NCBI GenBank assembly: GCA_002633005.1
Contig: NMRA01000153.1
Location: 583,084-647,083 of the forward strand
DNA length: 64,000 bases
From: Phoronis australis
Taxonomy: Eukaryota; Animalia; Phoronida
Direction: 5' to 3'
A program made the position numbers and the translations under genes. Shown here one piece after another: positions 61,118-64,000 of this stretch. The notes beneath the pieces were generated by a model that was given only the letters and a program-made list of their open reading frames with translations, was not told the origin of the DNA and did not search any database. Within the stretch, counting starts at the first letter, position 1, and each line of letters opens with the position of its first letter.

Positions 61118-64000
61118 TTTCCTACCTGGCTTCATTCCGCATTTCAAAAATGCGCCCACCCAAAGGACAAAACATCGGGAGAAATTTGATGAAGTTGTCA
61201 TTGTGGGAAGGATTGTTTCAGTTTTTCTACAAGGCGCAGGCCTACGTCTGCTTCCAAAGAAGGTGTGTGCTACAGGTACTCCAAGTTCCTGCTCTTCATT
61301 CCGCCTGGGTTCCTCGTAGCGGTACAATTTTTTGGCATTTCTATCCAAAAAGTATGAGAACACACGATTGTATTCAGCAGGTAGTTCACTTGTCCCACGG
61401 TTTGAGATATCTGTATAATCTGAATTGTAGCAGAAGTTTCTGGGTAAGCCCCACTCTCACTTTTTTTGGCTTGTGCCTACCCGTAATTTCCCAGATTGCC
61501 GTAAAATCGCACAAGGTGCATTTACCACAATTGGCGATACAAAGACTTTGAATCAAAATCGTGGTGCTATCTTGCTATAAAATCCTGAAATCCCTATGCA
61601 ATAGTTTCTGTTCTGGTTGAGTACAGAGAAAACTCAAGTTATTAATTCGCTTTTTACCGACGTCGACGCACATCGCGTATCAGGTTTAACACAAGGGCCG
61701 TTAGCGGGAAATTGTAACCCGTAAATTACCCAACGGTGCTAAATAAGCAACGATAAGTACTTTCTCTAGACGCTCATCAATTGCGCTTGTAATTGACGCG
61801 CGTTAAGTCTGTATGTTCGAGTCTGAACTCGAAATTTCAAGGTTTTGCTTCGAATCTAGGGGTCATCGTCAGCTATCTAAGACTAAAAGCAAATCGTTAC
61901 ATGCATAGCCATTATGTACTCTACCACAGACTAATGGACACTTACACTGAGTTCGCACAAACCTAGAACGGAAAAAGCCAGAAATAATTTCCAATTCGGT
62001 TTCATGTACCTCTGGTCAAAAGTAGTTTCTTTGATGAAATGTGGGTTTTTAACCGCGCGGTACCTAATCAGCAGCTGCTCCGTAAATAATTTGTAAAATG
62101 TTCAACTGGAAAATATAGGAAGAGATTACCTTAGCATGCACTTATGTGTTTTCTAGTTGCAGCGAACGTACTACCCGCATCATGCAGATATGTTATTCCT
62201 TGACAACATCACTACTGATACTAACTGGTTACGGGTCGAAGATTTACATCTGATCATTTTTCTTCAAAATTTGGTTACTTATAAATTTCTTAAGCGTGCT
62301 ATTAACAATAACGTAAACGGAGTTTGTGAGGGAGTGGTCAGAGGGCCTGCCTACTCCCTAACTCAGTTACGGACGGACATGACCGGAGAAAACGTCGTTT
62401 TAAGTTGGGTATGCCGTTTTTAAATGGCTCGCGCACAGTTTTCTTTCGAAAATTGTGCCTAAGCTCTAAAGACGTAGTAACCCTTACATGTGCAATTGTC
62501 TTGAACTGGAATTTATCTTTGTATGTTGTCTAATTTTAATACTTTTTATTCAATAATTAGTGTAAACTAATTGAATACCCGACGGAGCCAATCATTTTGT
62601 CACGGATAAGTAAAGTTTCCCTAAAATGGTGTCCTCCTTGGTTTTACTCAAGTGTTTCACGTGACAGATAAGCGCATGCGCACGATTCCGGTCATAGGGA
62701 CAGTTTCACGTAGATTATTGCACGTTTTAAATGGGCGCTTATGTAGTATTGATATCGATGAAGACAAAGGCGCATAATCTCACGAATGAATACGCCTGAA
62801 AATACCACTTAGCACGTAAATCACCAGGAAGACATTGTCTCCCTAGTCTCACGGGCCGCAGAGATTCTTTGAAAAACAATCGATGCACGAGTCATGACAA
62901 AAAACCCACGACAGTTACAGTTCAAACATTTTGTCCCTTTGGCTATGAAAACCCCTATATATTATGCAAGTAACAATTAGGCAGACATGCACACAGATAA
63001 CCCGACAAATTCCTCGTCACTGAGTCCATAATTATTCTTTACAATGTACTTACAGTACTTTGAGCGATGCTTTGAACTTTTGCTATTCCGCCAAATAGTC
63101 CCCCAAACTGGCTTTTGAAATTAGCAACCCGACATCCCCATTTCAAGCCGCAACCATAGAGTCCATAGAAACATAAAGTACTGAACTGCCGATTATTATG
63201 ATTTGGACAGTCACTGCTTCTTGTTGACCGGTGCTATGACAACGCCGCTTTAATTCGTTTTAAAAACTTGATTGTGAAGTAATGCTGATTCTATGGTGTT
63301 TTGGTCCCCGAATCGTACTCGTCACAACCTACTCATACTTTACCGCTGCACCACTAGCACGTCACCGAGCTCGGACACCTTAAAGCCGCATTTCGCCTTG
63401 TTTAGCTGGTCAAAGAACAAAAATCGAATTGAGACTTTTCTCCGATAAAATCAGACTAGTGATAGGATTCTATTTCCGTTAGCAACTTATGTAATGTTCT
63501 GCGTTGGACAGACAAAATCAAAGTCCGAGTTTGACGAGTTGATTTTATTTACTAATTCCACTTGGAGCCTCAGTGAAAACTTTCAATCCTTGTGAGAACC
63601 GTGTGAGAACTGTAAATCTATGAAAATACACAAAATACTCTAAATACATGACAATATTATATAAAACCGAATCTAAATTAAACTGTTAACAATAGTCACT
63701 CTAAGAAACTAATCAAAATTACTCAAATCTAAGTGAATCGGTATATGAACTTTAAATCACATTTTACTAAACCAACATTTATCTTAAAACGTAGTATATC
63801 TTAGAATATTTCATAGCTCATAAACTCTAATGAGACTTACAGAAATTGCTCCCTTTGATCTTATCCACGCATGAACATCCAATTCTTGTTTTGTGTATCA
63901 GTATGATCCTTGTCAGTGACTGAATACACTCCTTGAAACTCTACAGACTCGGTGATCTGCCTAAAATACTTGATTCTCCAAAGTTACTGAGCTTCCTCGT

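Noticed and set aside
60898-61551. Longest ORF in the track (217 aa)
   Set aside because: It begins inside a MITE, crosses the MITE boundary, and shows no recognisable motif.

Overview
Eukaryotic genomic DNA, AT-rich and dense in repeats, most consistent with an invertebrate animal; it is not prokaryotic, so most entries in the ORF track are spurious. The window holds one complete protein-coding gene on the minus strand: a nicotinic acetylcholine receptor alpha subunit (Cys-loop channel, alpha9/alpha10-like extracellular domain, alpha7-like cation pore). I assembled it by hand from 8 coding exons between 42775 and 3651. All junctions are GT-AG and phase-compatible, giving 1461 nt and 486 aa. 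The introns and flanks contain decayed hAT, Academ-like and LINE coding remnants, many MITEs, foldback elements, tRNA-derived modules, minisatellites, and a probable haplotype duplication at an N. The most notable observations are: (1) several canonical ligand-binding and gating residues are substituted in an otherwise intact receptor; (2) a MITE group repeatedly shows 5-bp target duplications; (3) four elements are stacked end to end at TATA junctions (49.2-52.6 kb); (4) a weak insulin-B-chain-like antisense ORF lies in intron 2. I found no convincing evidence for a wholly new multi-gene system. Family assignments come from motif recognition, not database searches.
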